Assembly: GCA_964394475.1 (NCBI GenBank)
Contig: CAYMXZ010000002.1
Location: 1-43,119 of the forward strand
Source: an uncultured Caldithrix sp.
GTDB taxonomy: Bacteria > Calditrichota > Calditrichia > RBG-13-44-9
Direction of reading: 5' to 3'
Length of the DNA stretch: 43,119 bases
Part shown: piece after piece, positions 26,435 to 36,774 of the stretch
Layout: each line of letters begins with the position of its first letter
How positions within the stretch are numbered: the first letter of the stretch is position 1
The notes under the pieces: generated by a model
Told to the model about the DNA's origin: nothing
The model's database searches: none
The model's input: only the letters and a program-made list of their open reading frames with translations
Translations under genes and position numbers: made by a program

Positions 26435-27793
26435 TTGAAAACGAGTATTTTAATTGTCGATGATGAAACGGATGCGTTGGACCTCATGGAAGAACTATTT
26501 TTAAAGCATGGCTACGAAACATTTACTGCCCGCAACGGGCTGGAAGCCATGCCAATAATTGCCGAGCATGAGCCTGACATACTTATTTCAGATATGGTCA
26601 TGCCCGAAATGGATGGAATTAAGCTCTTAGAATTGGTAACCAAAAAATATCCAGATATTGCCGTCATTATGATAACCGCTCACGGAACTATCGAAACGGC
26701 GGTAGAGACCATGAAAAAGGGAGCAAAGGATTATATTTTGAAACCTTTGCGGTTGGATGAAATTCTGGCAAAAGTAGAAACTATCTCACAGCTGAAATCG
26801 CTGATGAAAGAAAACCAGTATCTGCGTGAGAAGCTTTCGCAAAAATATAATTTTAATAATATTATTGGCAAAAATAGCCAGATGCTGGAACTCTTTGATC
26901 TGATTAAAGACATTGCGAAAACAAACTCTACGGTATTGATAACCGGAGAAAGCGGAACCGGCAAAGAATTAATCGCCAATGCCATCCATTTTAATAGTGA
27001 TCGAATAAAAAAGCCTTTTGTGAAAGTCAATTGTGGGGTACTGGCGGAAAATCTATTGGAAAGCGAATTATTCGGACATGTTAAAGGTTCATTCACCGGT
27101 GCCATAAGGGATAAACTTGGTCGCTTCGAACTGGCCAATGGGGGTACCATTTTCCTGGATGAAATAGGAGATGTAACTCCCAACATGCAGCTAAAATTAT
27201 TAAGAGTTCTGCAGGAAGGAGAGTTTGAGAGAGTGGGTGGAACTGAAACAATTAAGGTTGATGTACGGATTATTGCAGCCACCAATCGCAATTTGAATGA
27301 GATGATGATGAAAGGTCAATTCAGACAAGATCTATATTACCGTCTCAATGTCATTCCTTTAGAAGTTCCTCCTCTGCAGGAAAGGAAAGATGATATTCCC
27401 TTATTGATTTCGCACTTTTTAGAAAAATTCAATAAACAATTTAATAAGAAGATTGATTTCATTGAAGATGAGGTCATGAAATATTTGCAGAATTATTCCT
27501 GGCCTGGAAATATCAGAGAACTTGAGAATTTGTTAGAACGAGCAGTGGTTTTGAATAAAACGGGCAAACTTACCCTCAAGGATTTCCCACTTATCTTAAG
27601 CGCTCAGGAGAGCAATTTTGAGGTGGAATTAACAACGGAGGGCGCTTTGACTGAAATTGTCGATAATTACGAAAAGCAAATTATTTTAAAAGCACTGCGT
27701 GAAAACAATTTTAACAAACTCCGAACGGCCGAGAAACTGGGAATTCATCGCAGTACCTTTATGTCTAAACTAAAAAAATATAATATCAATTGA
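26435..27793 (+). CDS. Sigma-54-dependent Fis-family response regulator (NtrC-like enhancer-binding protein)
   Basis: REC (ILIVDDETDA...ISDMVMPEMDG...ILKPL). AAA+ domain (GESGTGKE, ESELFGH, GSFTGA, GGTIFLDEIG). C-terminal Fis-type HTH (RTAEKLGIHRSTFMSKLKKYNI). I prefer the TTG at 26435 because AGGAG lies 7 nt upstream. The ORF-track GTG at 26420 is the alternative. Confidence 0.9.
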   Translation: MKTSILIVDDETDALDLMEELFLKHGYETFTARNGLEAMPIIAEHEPDILISDMVMPEMDGIKLLELVTKKYPDIAVIMITAHGTIETAVETMKKGAKDYILKPLRLDEILAKVETISQLKSLMKENQYLREKLSQKYNFNNIIGKNSQMLELFDLIKDIAKTNSTVLITGESGTGKELIANAIHFNSDRIKKPFVKVNCGVLAENLLESELFGHVKGSFTGAIRDKLGRFELANGGTIFLDEIGDVTPNMQLKLLRVLQEGEFERVGGTETIKVDVRIIAATNRNLNEMMMKGQFRQDLYYRLNVIPLEVPPLQERKDDIPLLISHFLEKFNKQFNKKIDFIEDEVMKYLQNYSWPGNIRELENLLERAVVLNKTGKLTLKDFPLILSAQESNFEVELTTEGALTEIVDNYEKQIILKALRENNFNKLRTAEKLGIHRSTFMSKLKKYNIN

Positions 27794-27857
27794 AGCGGTG
27801 CGTCAGGAGCGCAAGACAAGAAGTCGAGCGACAAACAGCATTCGCTTTGTCGTCAAA

Positions 27858-30491
27858 TTACTTTTGTTTCTGCTGTAATAAATTTTTCAATGACCTTATT
27901 GCTTCATCAAGTTTAGCTGGATTTTTACCGCCGGCAGTCGCCAGATGAGGCCGTCCACCACCTCCACCTTCGGTAACTTGAGCCAAGACTTTCACTAACT
28001 CGCCGGCCTTTATTCCAGAAGCGATCAAATCATCTGTCACTGCACAAACAAAATTTAGGCGGGATTCATTTCGAGAAACCAACAACAATATCCCGTTGTG
28101 ATTTTTTTGTCTAAAACGGTCGGCGGCCTGTTTAAGCAATTCGATATCAATCCCAGAGAATATTTTGACCACCAGACGGATGTTTCCGATTTTTTCCGCC
28201 TGATCAATTATATTTTCAATGGATTGAATGGTCTGTTCAGCTAATAATTTCTGCATTCGTTTTTCATTTTCTCTCACCATCTCATTGAGAGCTTTCAACC
28301 GGGAAATAATCTGCTCTGGTGTACTATTCAGAATTTGTCCCACTTCTTGCAAAACATCCCGGGCTTTTTGAGTATACTCTATTGCCCGTGGACCGGTAAT
28401 AGCTTCAATGCGTCGTATACCGCTGGCGATACTAGTTTCTTGCAGAATAAGAAATGCGCCAATTTGGCCAGTGTGACGAACGTGAGTGCCGCCACATAAT
28501 TCCCGGCTGAAATCATCTATGATGATCACTCGTACCTGTTCACCGTATTTTTCTCCAAACAGGGCCATTGCTCCCAGTTCTTTGGCTTTATTAAAATCGG
28601 TATAAAAAATTTGCAGAGGCCAATCATGGCGAATCTGCTCATTAACTATGCTCTCGATTTGAAGTAACTCCTCATGTTCAATTTTTTTGTAATGAGTAAA
28701 ATCGAAACGTAACCGGTCGGGAGTGACTAATGATCCGGCTTGCTGAACGTGCTTTCCTAATACCCTCCGAAGAGCCTCATGCAAAAGGTGAGTAGCTGTA
28801 TGGTTATACATGGTTGGAAAGCGGTGATTTTCATCGACCTTAGCGAGAACTTTGGAGTGAATGATATCAATTTTTTCCGGGGCTTCACATACATGAATTA
28901 TTTCTGACCCCTCTTTTTGCACATCGACCACTTTTAATTGAATATCATCTAAAATCAATGTGCCAATGTCGGCCACTTGACCTCCGCTCTCCGCATAGAA
29001 AGGGGTCTCCGTGAGCACAATTTGATATTTATTATTTTTTATAGAATACTTACAAATTTCAGTCTCGGCAGTTAAAGTATCATAACCGATAAAATGCGAA
29101 TTCGTGGGGCAGTGTCGCAGGACATTCCATTGGTCAACATGGTCAAATTGCATGGTGAATTTTCCAGTCTGTCGAGCGCGCTCGCGCTGCAGTTCCATCT
29201 CACGATCAAATCCTTCTTCATCTATCTGTAAATTTTTCTCGGCAGCCATGATCCGGGTTAAATCGAGCGGAAAGCCATAGGTATCATAAAGCCGGAAGGC
29301 ATCTTTTCCAGAAATAATATTTTCTCCCTGCGATTTAATGCGTGAGACGAGATTTTCAAATATGTCAATACCGCGATCGAGAGTTCGGCTAAAATTCTCT
29401 TCTTCGGATTGAATAACATTCATCACATGCGTTTGTTTTTCAATAATTTCCGGAAATGCCTTCCCCATCATTTCTCCCACCACCGGTACCAGTGAATAGA
29501 TGAAAGGTTTATGCAAATCCAATTTGCGGGCATAACGCGCGGCTCTGCGCAGAATACGCCGCAACACGTATCCTCTTCCTTCATTGGAAGGCATAGCGCC
29601 ATCCGCAATTGAAAAGGTAAGCATGCGGATATGATCGGCTAATACACGAAAGGCGATCTGTTTTTCATCATCACAATTCGTATATTTTATTCCTGCAATA
29701 TTTTCCACCCTATGGATAATTGGAAGAAATAAATCGGTCTCATAATTGGAACGTACCTTTTGGATAACCGCCACAATTCGCTCAAAGCCCATGCCGGTAT
29801 CCACATGTTTATGGGGCAAGGGATGCAGATTTCCATTTATATCGCGGTTGAATTGAATAAATACCAGATTCCACAATTCGATGAATCGACTACATCCTCC
29901 ATTCACCTGGCAGACATGTTCTTTAATCTGTTGCTTATCACAATATGCTTCACCTAAGTCAATATGAATTTCTGAACAGGGACCACATGGACCAGATTCT
30001 CCCATTTCCCAAAAATTATCTTTCTCCCCGAAGCGCAATACATGCTTTGGGTCAATATCAGTATGGTTCAACCAGCATTTTTCAGCCTCATCATCATCAA
30101 GATAAACGGTCGCCCATAATCTGCTTTTTGGTAAATGCCACACCGTTGTCATTAATTCCCAGGCCCATTCTATAGCTTCTCTTTTGTAGTAATCACCGAA
30201 CGACCAATTCCCCAACATCTCAAAAAAAGTATGATGATAGGTATCATGACCTACTTCTTCTAAATCATTATGCTTTCCGCTGACTCGAATGCATTTCTGC
30301 GAATTTACAGCTCTTTTATAAGGTCGGCTTCCAAGTCCTAAAAAAACATCTTTGAATTGATTCATTCCGGCGTTGGTAAACAACAAGGTAGGATCATTCT
30401 GTGGGATCACAGGAGAACTCGGAACAACAGTATGACCTTTATTCCTAAAAAAACTGATAAAGTCTTCACGTATTTGATAGGACGATTTCAT
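27858..30491 (-). CDS. alaS: Alanine--tRNA ligase
   Basis: Canonical N-terminus IREDFISFFRNKGHTVVPSSPVIPQNDPTLLFTNAGMNQFKDVFLG. Editing-domain HxxxH/CxxxH region (HTATHLLHEALR...CGGTHV). C-terminal DHHA1-like GGGGGRP. The length of 877 aa is typical. Confidence 0.97.
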   Translation of the reverse strand: MKSSYQIREDFISFFRNKGHTVVPSSPVIPQNDPTLLFTNAGMNQFKDVFLGLGSRPYKRAVNSQKCIRVSGKHNDLEEVGHDTYHHTFFEMLGNWSFGDYYKREAIEWAWELMTTVWHLPKSRLWATVYLDDDEAEKCWLNHTDIDPKHVLRFGEKDNFWEMGESGPCGPCSEIHIDLGEAYCDKQQIKEHVCQVNGGCSRFIELWNLVFIQFNRDINGNLHPLPHKHVDTGMGFERIVAVIQKVRSNYETDLFLPIIHRVENIAGIKYTNCDDEKQIAFRVLADHIRMLTFSIADGAMPSNEGRGYVLRRILRRAARYARKLDLHKPFIYSLVPVVGEMMGKAFPEIIEKQTHVMNVIQSEEENFSRTLDRGIDIFENLVSRIKSQGENIISGKDAFRLYDTYGFPLDLTRIMAAEKNLQIDEEGFDREMELQRERARQTGKFTMQFDHVDQWNVLRHCPTNSHFIGYDTLTAETEICKYSIKNNKYQIVLTETPFYAESGGQVADIGTLILDDIQLKVVDVQKEGSEIIHVCEAPEKIDIIHSKVLAKVDENHRFPTMYNHTATHLLHEALRRVLGKHVQQAGSLVTPDRLRFDFTHYKKIEHEELLQIESIVNEQIRHDWPLQIFYTDFNKAKELGAMALFGEKYGEQVRVIIIDDFSRELCGGTHVRHTGQIGAFLILQETSIASGIRRIEAITGPRAIEYTQKARDVLQEVGQILNSTPEQIISRLKALNEMVRENEKRMQKLLAEQTIQSIENIIDQAEKIGNIRLVVKIFSGIDIELLKQAADRFRQKNHNGILLLVSRNESRLNFVCAVTDDLIASGIKAGELVKVLAQVTEGGGGGRPHLATAGGKNPAKLDEAIRSLKNLLQQKQK

Positions 30492-30617
30492 ATATTCTTC
30501 TCTGACTCAGTAAAAAAACAAATAAAATCAATGATTATTTTATGCTGAAAATATAGAAAGGGCAATAGAGTAAGGCAAGCCAATTAAATGAAAGGAAAGG
30601 CCAGGTTTCTTCTAACC

Positions 30618-33473
30618 TCATGCTTTCTGATTTAAAACTTGCCTGATCTTCAATGCTAATTCTCTCATGCGGTATGGTTTGGGCAGCAATCCATTTATCA
30701 GTAAATCATCGGGGATAGATTTTTCTTTTTCGGGGTGCCCACTGGAAAGTAAGACTTTTATTCGTTTATCGATTTCTCTAATTTTTCGAATAGTTTCAAC
30801 ACCATTCATTCGCGGCATCGACATATCGATGATAACCAGATGGATCTTATATTTTTTCTGTTCCAATAATCGAATAGCTTCGGGTCCACTGGAAGCTTGA
30901 AATACGGCATAGCCTAAAGATTGCAGAATATCCTTCACCGAATCCCTAATTAATTCTTCATCGTCTACGATTAGAATTGACTCGGAACCCTCAGGAATAT
31001 TTTGACTGGAATCTTCGGTTTCGAATGATAGTTTTCGGCGAGCCGGTGGCAGGTAAAGATAAAAAGTCGTACCTTCATTCACTTCGCTTTCCACTTCTAC
31101 AAAACCCCGATGGCTCTGCATAATTCCATAAACAACCGAAAGTCCTAAACCTGTACCTTTTCCAACAGATTTAGTTGTAAAAAAGGGATCGAAAATCTTA
31201 TCGAGATCAGATGGTTTAATTCCACATCCCGAATCAGTAACACTTATACAAACATAATCTCTGGCAACCGATTGAGGATCAGAGTGGGGTTTATATTTAC
31301 ACATCCGAGTCCGTATAGTGATCTCGCCGCCATTTGGCATGGAATCCCTGGAATTAAGGGCTAAATTGATCAATACCTGACTCAGACGATTCTCGTCACC
31401 TTCAATATCTTCAATTTTAGGATCCAGATCTAATAAGATATCATATTCTTTTCCCAGAGTTCGTTGGAGCATCCCTGATAATCGAGTGACCAGTTGATTG
31501 GGAGAAATAATTTGCAATTGAATGTCTTGATTTCTTGAAAACATCAAGAGTTGACGGGTCAACTCAGCAGCCCGTTGAGTCGCTTCAGCAATAACAGTTG
31601 CTCGTCGTAAAAGTGTAGGATGACCGTTTGCTTCGCTCTTTATTAAGTCGGTATTGGGAAGAATTATACCAAGAATATTATTAAAATCGTGAGCAATGCC
31701 ACCGACAAGTGTTCCCAAACTCTCCATTTTCTGCAATTGAATAACTTGTTGTTGAGACCGTTGCAGTTCACTATAGGCATTCTCTAGGCTCTGCGCTTTT
31801 TCTTCCAGAGCCTTAACCAGATTTTTATTGTCTAATAGAATAGCTGTTTCAGTGACCAGCGTACTGAGCAGATGAACTTCTTCTACCCGAAAGGGTTGTT
31901 TTTTATTCCGGAAAAACACCAATACACCAAGATGATAATCTTTTTCACTTATGGGAACACTTATAAGAGAATACGATTTTTTATCAGTTATACCAGCTAT
32001 TTTCATTTCTTCCCGGCTTATCTGCGCAGAGTCCAACATGATAGGTTCATTGTCGGAATATGTTTTCCATAAAAAGTGATTTCCTACAGTAACTTTTTCA
32101 GCAAGATTTGCAATATACTGTTTTGGGAAGGTATGGGAGGGATAAAATTCATTTTTGTTCTTATCATAAATATATATCAAACCAATTTCCGCTTCCAGCA
32201 ACTGACAACCATTGTCTAACATAGTTTTCAAAATCTCATTCGTATCCAGAGAACGCATCATTTGTTGGGTGGTTTCAATCAACTTCGCGAGGTTACTGGC
32301 ATTTTTTTGATTGAGCTCACTCAATCGTTCTAATTCTTCGGTTTTCTGAGTGAGTTCTTTATTGATGCGCTGTAGTTTACTCTGATTCTGTAAAATTTCA
32401 CGCTGTATTTGAATTTTTTCAGTTATATCAATGGCAGTGATGATAATATTTTTTATAATATCACCTTCATCCATATGACTGGCCACGCTCAATTCAACTA
32501 CCTTTTTTTGCCCATCGATCATTTCAAGGGTAGTAACATAATTCCGAACATCCTGACGATCTTCAATAATCTTATTAAAGATGGCATGGAGATCTTCCTT
32601 CTGAATAAAATTTTCCAGCTTCATTTGAGTAAAGAGGTCGCGTTGAATTCCAAAGAAACTGCAGGCACTTTCATTGGCGGTTTCGATCTGACCTAAAGTA
32701 TCAGCAATTATGATGGGAATTGGATTCAGCTGAAAAATCGTTTCCAAATATCTTTTCGATTGATTCAAAGCTAAAATGTGAGTATTCAGATTGTCCGAGA
32801 GATCATTTAACGCTTTAGACAGCTGTGATATTTCGTCGTTACCTTTTACCGGCAGATGCAAAGCTAAGGCACCGTTTTTATTTGAATATTCTCTAATGGC
32901 TGCTGCCGTTTCTTTAAGGGGAGTAGTAATAGCCTTCGCCATTAAACTCATCAGAATAAACTGTAAAACAGATAAACCAATAGTTAAAATTATTAAAAAC
33001 TTTCTTTGTTCATTTATCTTTTCCTTCATCCAATTCAGTTGAAATCCAACAATCAAATCAGCCTGATAGTTATCTTTATAGAATACACTTTGTCTTACTA
33101 AAAGGTAGCTATTCGCATATTCAGAGAGTGCATTAGATTTGCGGAATTTTTCAATAGTCTGAGAATCTGGAAATGAGCCATATTCATACTGCAGTTGATT
33201 TTGACTATTGATAATTACAGCAAGAGTAATATCCGGGTCAGTTTCTAATCCTTTTAAAATACTACTCAGCGAACCAGCATCATTTGTATAAAGTGCAGGT
33301 CCTATATTTATAGCGGCAGTTTGAACTAAGCTAATACCTTTTCTTAGAAATCCTTCCCGTAAGTTTTGTTCGATAGTAAAATTAAAGAAGAAAAAAAAGG
33401 TGCAAATAAACACCAACAGTATGAAAAATGAGAAAAGCCAGAGTTTTTTAGAGATGGATAGTTTTAATAACAA
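30618..33473 (-). CDS. Membrane-bound hybrid sensor histidine kinase (2 TM with periplasmic loop, HAMP, PAS, GAF, HisKA, HATPase_c, receiver)
   Basis: TM1 [20 protein letters not shown] and TM2 [21 protein letters not shown] flank a loop of ~130 aa. H-box [55 protein letters not shown]-terminal [15 protein letters not shown]...[11 protein letters not shown]...LPKPY. Confidence 0.9.
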   Translation of the reverse strand: MLLKLSISKKLWLFSFFILLVFICTFFFFFNFTIEQNLREGFLRKGISLVQTAAINIGPALYTNDAGSLSSILKGLETDPDITLAVIINSQNQLQYEYGSFPDSQTIEKFRKSNALSEYANSYLLVRQSVFYKDNYQADLIVGFQLNWMKEKINEQRKFLIILTIGLSVLQFILMSLMAKAITTPLKETAAAIREYSNKNGALALHLPVKGNDEISQLSKALNDLSDNLNTHILALNQSKRYLETIFQLNPIPIIIADTLGQIETANESACSFFGIQRDLFTQMKLENFIQKEDLHAIFNKIIEDRQDVRNYVTTLEMIDGQKKVVELSVASHMDEGDIIKNIIITAIDITEKIQIQREILQNQSKLQRINKELTQKTEELERLSELNQKNASNLAKLIETTQQMMRSLDTNEILKTMLDNGCQLLEAEIGLIYIYDKNKNEFYPSHTFPKQYIANLAEKVTVGNHFLWKTYSDNEPIMLDSAQISREEMKIAGITDKKSYSLISVPISEKDYHLGVLVFFRNKKQPFRVEEVHLLSTLVTETAILLDNKNLVKALEEKAQSLENAYSELQRSQQQVIQLQKMESLGTLVGGIAHDFNNILGIILPNTDLIKSEANGHPTLLRRATVIAEATQRAAELTRQLLMFSRNQDIQLQIISPNQLVTRLSGMLQRTLGKEYDILLDLDPKIEDIEGDENRLSQVLINLALNSRDSMPNGGEITIRTRMCKYKPHSDPQSVARDYVCISVTDSGCGIKPSDLDKIFDPFFTTKSVGKGTGLGLSVVYGIMQSHRGFVEVESEVNEGTTFYLYLPPARRKLSFETEDSSQNIPEGSESILIVDDEELIRDSVKDILQSLGYAVFQASSGPEAIRLLEQKKYKIHLVIIDMSMPRMNGVETIRKIREIDKRIKVLLSSGHPEKEKSIPDDLLINGLLPKPYRMRELALKIRQVLNQKA

Positions 33474-33730
33474 TTTATTGCTCTTTATTTTTACATCTAT
33501 CTAATTGTACACCGATTTATCGAGTCAATTTGCTTTATAATTTCCGATGTAAATTTAACAGTCGATGGAATCTTCATCCTCTTTAATTTAAAGATACGAA
33601 CCATAAAATATTAAAAACTGATAACCCTACAATTTTTATTCCAACCTCCCAAAAAGTAATCATCAACATTATTCTCATCTATTTTTAAAAAATTATGAAT
33701 TACACAAATCATACGAAATTCAAAACATCT

Positions 33731-35269
33731 CTATTCATCAGTCAAGATTTCTTTCAAAGACTTTTTTATTTGAGTAATGGTATATGGTTTTTTTAAAAAT
33801 CCTACCACGCCAACCATATCCTCATTTGTAATCGGTTGATCATCAAATCCGCTGGTAAAGATTATCTTAAGATCAGGTTTCATTTTTCTAAGCGCTTGAG
33901 AAGTTTCTCGGCCATCCATATCTGGCATTTTCAGATCAATGATGGCAAATTGAAAATTATCAATATTCGAATGCACAAAATTTACTGCATCTCTACCACT
34001 AGTGAATTTAGCAACTTTATATCCCAGATATTCCAGAGTATCACCCAGGATATTTAGAACAGATTCCTCATCATCTATAATTAGAATCGTCATATTTTTT
34101 GATTGTTTAATCTCTAAATTTTCTTCCGTCTCTTCACTCTCCGATTTTATCTCTGCCGGCAGATACAGATCAAAACGAGTTCCTTTGTTCACTCGGCTGG
34201 AAACTTCAATGTGACCATTCATACTTTTAATAATACCGTAAACTACGGATAAGCCTAATCCGGTCCCTTTGCCAATATCTTTGGTGGTAAAGAAAGGATC
34301 AAAGATTTTGGAAATAATTTCCAGAGGTATACCTACACCATTGTCGACCACTGATAATCGCACATATTTTCCGGGATCCAACGACCCTACCTGATAATAC
34401 TTTTCGATGATGTAGTTTTCAGCTATGATTTCAATAATTCCCCCTCTTGGCAGGGCATCCACCGCATTCAGGACCAGGTTCATGATCACCTGTTGAAGTT
34501 GAGAGGCATCACCATTAATAAGGTGAAGATCTGGTTGTAATTTTTGTTCGATCTTTACATGGTCTGGAACTCCATGAACCAGTAATTCCACACTATCATT
34601 AATTACTTTATTTAGATTGAGTGTCTCATAATTGCGATGATCACCCTGGCGAGTAAAAGTGAGTAATCTTTGAGCAATCTCAGAAGCCCGGTGGGCTGAC
34701 TTTTCAATAATTTCTGCTCGTTTATAGTTTGTATCCTCCTTTTTGCTAGAAAGTTTAATTAATTCAGCATTGGGTATGATTGCTGCCAAAATATTATTGA
34801 AATCATGGGCAATTCCAGAAGCCATTAAACCGACACTTTCCAATTTTTGGGTTTGAAGTAGTTGGTTTTGTATTCTTTTTAATTCTGTAACATCTTTGAA
34901 AAGAAAAAGGTAACCAAAGATCTCCTGTCGATAATCACCCAGAACATTGGCGGTCAATATTACATCAAGAAGTTCATTTTGTTGCGTGCGAAGTTGAAGC
35001 TCCTGATTTCTGATTAGGCCGTATTTTTCAAGTTGTTCTCTTAAACTCATTGCTTGTTGTGGGTCATTGATAAAAGTGTTAAAAAAATTCGTCTGAGAAA
35101 TATCACTATTGGCGGGTATTTGGAGGAAAAAATAAGCTGCTTTATTGAGATAAATTAGATCACCAGTCTCACGAGTTATGCATACCCCATCTTGAAGGAT
35201 TTCGATCAACTCGCTTAGTTGAAATGATTTCTGAGAAGTTGACTTTTTGATCTTAAAAAAATTAAACAT
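33731..35269 (-). CDS. Soluble PAS-containing hybrid histidine kinase (PAS, HisKA, HATPase_c, receiver)
   Basis: No TM segment. H-box [70 protein letters not shown]...[11 protein letters not shown]...LKKPY. Confidence 0.9.
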   Translation of the reverse strand: MFNFFKIKKSTSQKSFQLSELIEILQDGVCITRETGDLIYLNKAAYFFLQIPANSDISQTNFFNTFINDPQQAMSLREQLEKYGLIRNQELQLRTQQNELLDVILTANVLGDYRQEIFGYLFLFKDVTELKRIQNQLLQTQKLESVGLMASGIAHDFNNILAAIIPNAELIKLSSKKEDTNYKRAEIIEKSAHRASEIAQRLLTFTRQGDHRNYETLNLNKVINDSVELLVHGVPDHVKIEQKLQPDLHLINGDASQLQQVIMNLVLNAVDALPRGGIIEIIAENYIIEKYYQVGSLDPGKYVRLSVVDNGVGIPLEIISKIFDPFFTTKDIGKGTGLGLSVVYGIIKSMNGHIEVSSRVNKGTRFDLYLPAEIKSESEETEENLEIKQSKNMTILIIDDEESVLNILGDTLEYLGYKVAKFTSGRDAVNFVHSNIDNFQFAIIDLKMPDMDGRETSQALRKMKPDLKIIFTSGFDDQPITNEDMVGVVGFLKKPYTITQIKKSLKEILTDE

Positions 35270-35275
35270 AGCTTA

Positions 35276-36334
35276 TTATTTTTTATCTTTCATAAAAATC
35301 TTAATTTGATTTTGCCAGTCTCGCTTAATACTGCTGATACTGAAAAATAGTGCTAATAGAACGATCAGTGTTATGAAAAGACTATTCAGAAGCAGAAAAA
35401 AGGTCAATTTTTTTAGGACAAATAAAAATACTGATATGACAATAATTCCCAGGAATGAAATTAAGATCACATTGGTAGTCGATTTTGCGGCGATATTCGA
35501 GAGAAAACCCTTATGAGGTTTACTCACCAATCCACTCAAATACTGATAATTCATTAAATATCGTTCATTTTCAATAGAGGCTTCGCTATTCAGATAAACC
35601 CAACGTGCATACCATAGAATTAGCATAGAAGCATTTAGAACTAAACTGACCATTTGTCCTTTAAAGTAATTATTAAAATTCCATCTTTGAGCAATGATAT
35701 GAATGGGTTCAATAATATTTATCAGGGTAAATACAAATAGAATTGAATTAAGATATTCACTAATAACTATTCGCTTAAAATAATATCTGTACCAGAAGAC
35801 ACCCAAAAGAAGAATAGAAATAATCATCAATAAATTATTAATTTTGATCCATTCTTCCCATGTAATCTCATTTTGAAGTGCATTAATAGACAACAAGAAT
35901 TTTTGATTTAAAATGGTAACAAATAATGATGCTAAAAATAAAGCAAAAACTGTCCGAATCAATTCACGATTTCTCAATACTTGATATGAATAAAAAACTA
36001 GATAAAATACTATCCAAAGAATTATCAACCTTAGAAAAAAGATAATTAAAAAATATTCAAAAAATTCATTTTTATTTAAAACTGGAATAAAATTTAGAAT
36101 TGGAGAAAAAAATGCTACATATCCATAAAATACAAAAAAAATTATAGTTATCTCTTTATTTAATTTTGTAACATTTAATAAATTTTTAATAATTAAAAAA
36201 GTAATAAAATATAATATGTTATTCAAATAAGGAATCGGGCTTAAAAGATAGACTTTTTTGTACAATAAAATTAAAGAAAATAGAATAATAAATAGCAAAT
36301 AATATGAATTTAGTTTTAAAAATTTAATCAACAT
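35276..36334 (-). CDS. Polytopic integral membrane protein of unknown function (about 9-10 TM helices)
   Basis: 352-aa ORF made almost entirely of hydrophobic helices rich in I, L, F, N and K. It ends 6 nt before the start of the soluble kinase gene. No family recognised and no obvious SD. Confidence 0.6.
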   Translation of the reverse strand: MLIKFLKLNSYYLLFIILFSLILLYKKVYLLSPIPYLNNILYFITFLIIKNLLNVTKLNKEITIIFFVFYGYVAFFSPILNFIPVLNKNEFFEYFLIIFFLRLIILWIVFYLVFYSYQVLRNRELIRTVFALFLASLFVTILNQKFLLSINALQNEITWEEWIKINNLLMIISILLLGVFWYRYYFKRIVISEYLNSILFVFTLINIIEPIHIIAQRWNFNNYFKGQMVSLVLNASMLILWYARWVYLNSEASIENERYLMNYQYLSGLVSKPHKGFLSNIAAKSTTNVILISFLGIIVISVFLFVLKKLTFFLLLNSLFITLIVLLALFFSISSIKRDWQNQIKIFMKDKK

Positions 36335-36406
36335 AACTTATATCAGATATTATTAAATTATCATCGTCAATTTTTTTAAAATTTTAAAATATAAAATAAA
36401 TAAAAT

Positions 36407-36445
36407 AGGGGACACATTAAAATTAATTGTCCCCTATATTTTTTT
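36407..36445. terminator. Bidirectional Rho-independent terminator
   Basis: 8-bp stem AGGGGACA (36407-36414) / TGTCCCCT (36428-36435) with a 13-nt A/T loop. T-runs flank it on both strands (tattttttt on plus, attttatttatttt on minus). It lies downstream of the minus-strand gene pair 37269-36531. Confidence 0.65.
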
Positions 36446-36530
36446 CAGAACTAAAATAATTTTACAAGATAAAATCTCAGAGAGAGACTTTTAATAAAAC
36501 AACTTTATATTTTATAAATTTAAAACATTG

Positions 36531-36737
36531 TCAAATTAAATTTATTGTTGGAGTTCCTCCGCCTGGATTAGGTCTTGGTTGTGGCCTTGTAATTATACCA
36601 GAAATACTACTTTTAGATGGTGGTTGTATCTGGTTCCAAATTGAATATGAGCCACTGGGCTCATCAAAGATTAAACCAATAATCATAAAAAACAATAAAA
36701 TAAGACCCACGACAATGAATGGTGTGAAACGGCGCAT
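36531..36737 (-). CDS. Small membrane-anchored protein with a Pro/Gly-rich tail
   Basis: 68 aa. N-terminal TM FTPFIVVGLILLFFMIIGLIF. Tail ...QPPSKSS...RPQPRPNPGGGTP. AAAGGAGAG RBS ~7 nt upstream of the ATG. It is tightly linked to the upstream HTH gene. Confidence 0.55.
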   Translation of the reverse strand: MRRFTPFIVVGLILLFFMIIGLIFDEPSGSYSIWNQIQPPSKSSISGIITRPQPRPNPGGGTPTINLI

Positions 36738-36774
36738 TTCTCTCTCCTTTAATTATTTGGAGTTGGTTTTTTTA

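Noticed and set aside
26731-27291. 186-aa minus-strand ORF
   Set aside because: It lies entirely antisense within the AAA+ domain of the sigma-54 activator, whose motifs are unambiguous. The antisense product is low-complexity and Ser/Leu-rich.
27794-27857. Hairpin CGACAAA-n10-TTTGTCG between the convergent sigma-54 activator gene and alaS, as a possible bidirectional terminator
   Set aside because: The stem is only 7 bp and has no clear U-tract on either strand, so it is not reported as a feature.
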